DNA from: Takakia lepidozioides
Lineage: Eukaryota; Plantae; Bryophyta
Assembly (NCBI GenBank): GCA_030704615.1
Contig: CM060731.1
Location: 2,666,001-2,730,000, forward strand
Length of the DNA: 64,000 bases
Direction: 5' to 3'
The notes beneath the pieces were generated by a model, which was not told the DNA's origin, searched no databases, and was given only the letters and a program-made list of their open reading frames with translations. Shown here one piece after another: positions 63,001 through 64,000 of this stretch (within the stretch, counting starts at the first letter, position 1; each line of letters opens with the position of its first letter). Position numbers and translations under genes: made by a program.

Positions 63001-64000
63001 CTCTGGGGCCTCTTCCATGGCACATTGAACATACTGGCCAAGTCTCAAAGCGAACCAAAATCATCTCGATGGCCAACCATCCGTTGACCCATTAAATGAA
63101 TTTCGATTGATCTGATATTAGTCCGGGACATCTGAGAGGGTGTCTTGAACGTACTAGCAAAGTTTGGAAGCAAACAAAAATGATTTGGATGGGCAACCAT
63201 CCGTTCACCCGTTGAATGTTTTCCGCTGGATCTGTTATTGCTTTGGGACCTGTTGGACTGTGTTTCGCGTGCGCTCGATTTTTTTTTCATTTGGTTTTTG
63301 AATGGGGCGTGTAATGTAGCCATATGCAACGTGCGTGCCAAATTTGGGAGCGAACATAATTCATTTGGACCCAAAACCACAGTTTTTTCCCTGTTTTGTA
63401 CTTCAAACTTGATTTGTGTTCAACTTCATGCACTCTTCATAGAGAGTTCTGCAATTGATCTCATATTACACTGGGACCTATCAGAGGGTACATTGAACAC
63501 ACTGGCCAAGTCTCAAAGCGAACGAAAATCATTTGGATGGGCAACCATCCGTTGGCCCATTGAACGAATTTTGATTGATCTCATATTACTCTGGGGCCAC
63601 TTCCATGGTACATTGAAGATACTGGCCAAGTCTCAAAGCGAACCAAAATCATTTGGAGGCAAATGATTTATGCGTCTGTTCATTTATTTGTGATTAATCG
63701 TTAATGGTGAAAAGGATAAACCAAAGGTTCCTTGATAAAAAAAAAATTGAATGATTTGAAATTTTGCCAGTATGTTCTACATGCCTCTTACATGGACCGG
63801 ACAAGTATGAGATCAATAAAAAATGGTTCACAGGAGGAACCAATGGTTACTTGATGTGCCAATTTCTGAATGCTTTCAAACTTTGCCATTGCATTGTACA
63901 TGCCCTCTTAAAGGTACCAGACAAAAACCACAACTGAACGTCTCATTGGCCCATCGAACGAATTTTGATTGATCTCATATTACACTGGGACCTATCAGAG
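60040..64000. repeat. ~120-bp satellite-like arrays in two orientations, plus a ~21-bp minisatellite (61380-61695)
   Basis: GGGTGAACCAAT... units near 60048, 60168, 60779, 60899, 61019, 61258, 61699 and 61819. TGATCTCATATTAC... units from 61870 onward. GCCCCTGAAATTG repeats. Confidence 0.92.

Overview
Eukaryotic, transposon-dominated window. It is most likely from a non-seed land plant such as a moss; this is inferred from the PLS-type PPR repeats, Tcn1-like chromoviruses and the HMA gene type. The only clearly intact host gene is an intronless heavy-metal-associated (HMA) domain gene at 37854-38450, which has two damaged copies next to it in alternating orientations. Most of the rest is nested mobile DNA whose ends and target-site duplications (TSDs) can be read from the sequence. 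(1) A rearranged, apparently self-priming Ty3/gypsy chromovirus occupies 1-10271. (2) A tRNA-Ala-primed Ty3/gypsy element is split by a 15.4-kb non-autonomous CACTA element (11908-27318, TSD ATT), which is itself split by an 8.7-kb Mutator-like element (15700-24369, TSD CCTCTGAG) carrying a ~5.6-kb fold-back palindrome array. (3) A second, related CACTA element (46553-51094, TSD GAA) sits in the RT of another chromovirus. (4) There are Tc1/mariner-type and hAT-type MITEs and a protease-dUTPase retroelement relic. (5) At the right end, a frameshifted atypical kinase lies between a ~52-bp-period hairpin array and 120-bp satellite arrays. The strongest candidates for something undescribed are a Pack-CACTA family carrying shuffled PLS-class PPR modules (the same PPR family is also captured inside a retrotransposon), the fold-back MULE, and the kinase-bearing repeat-flanked unit.
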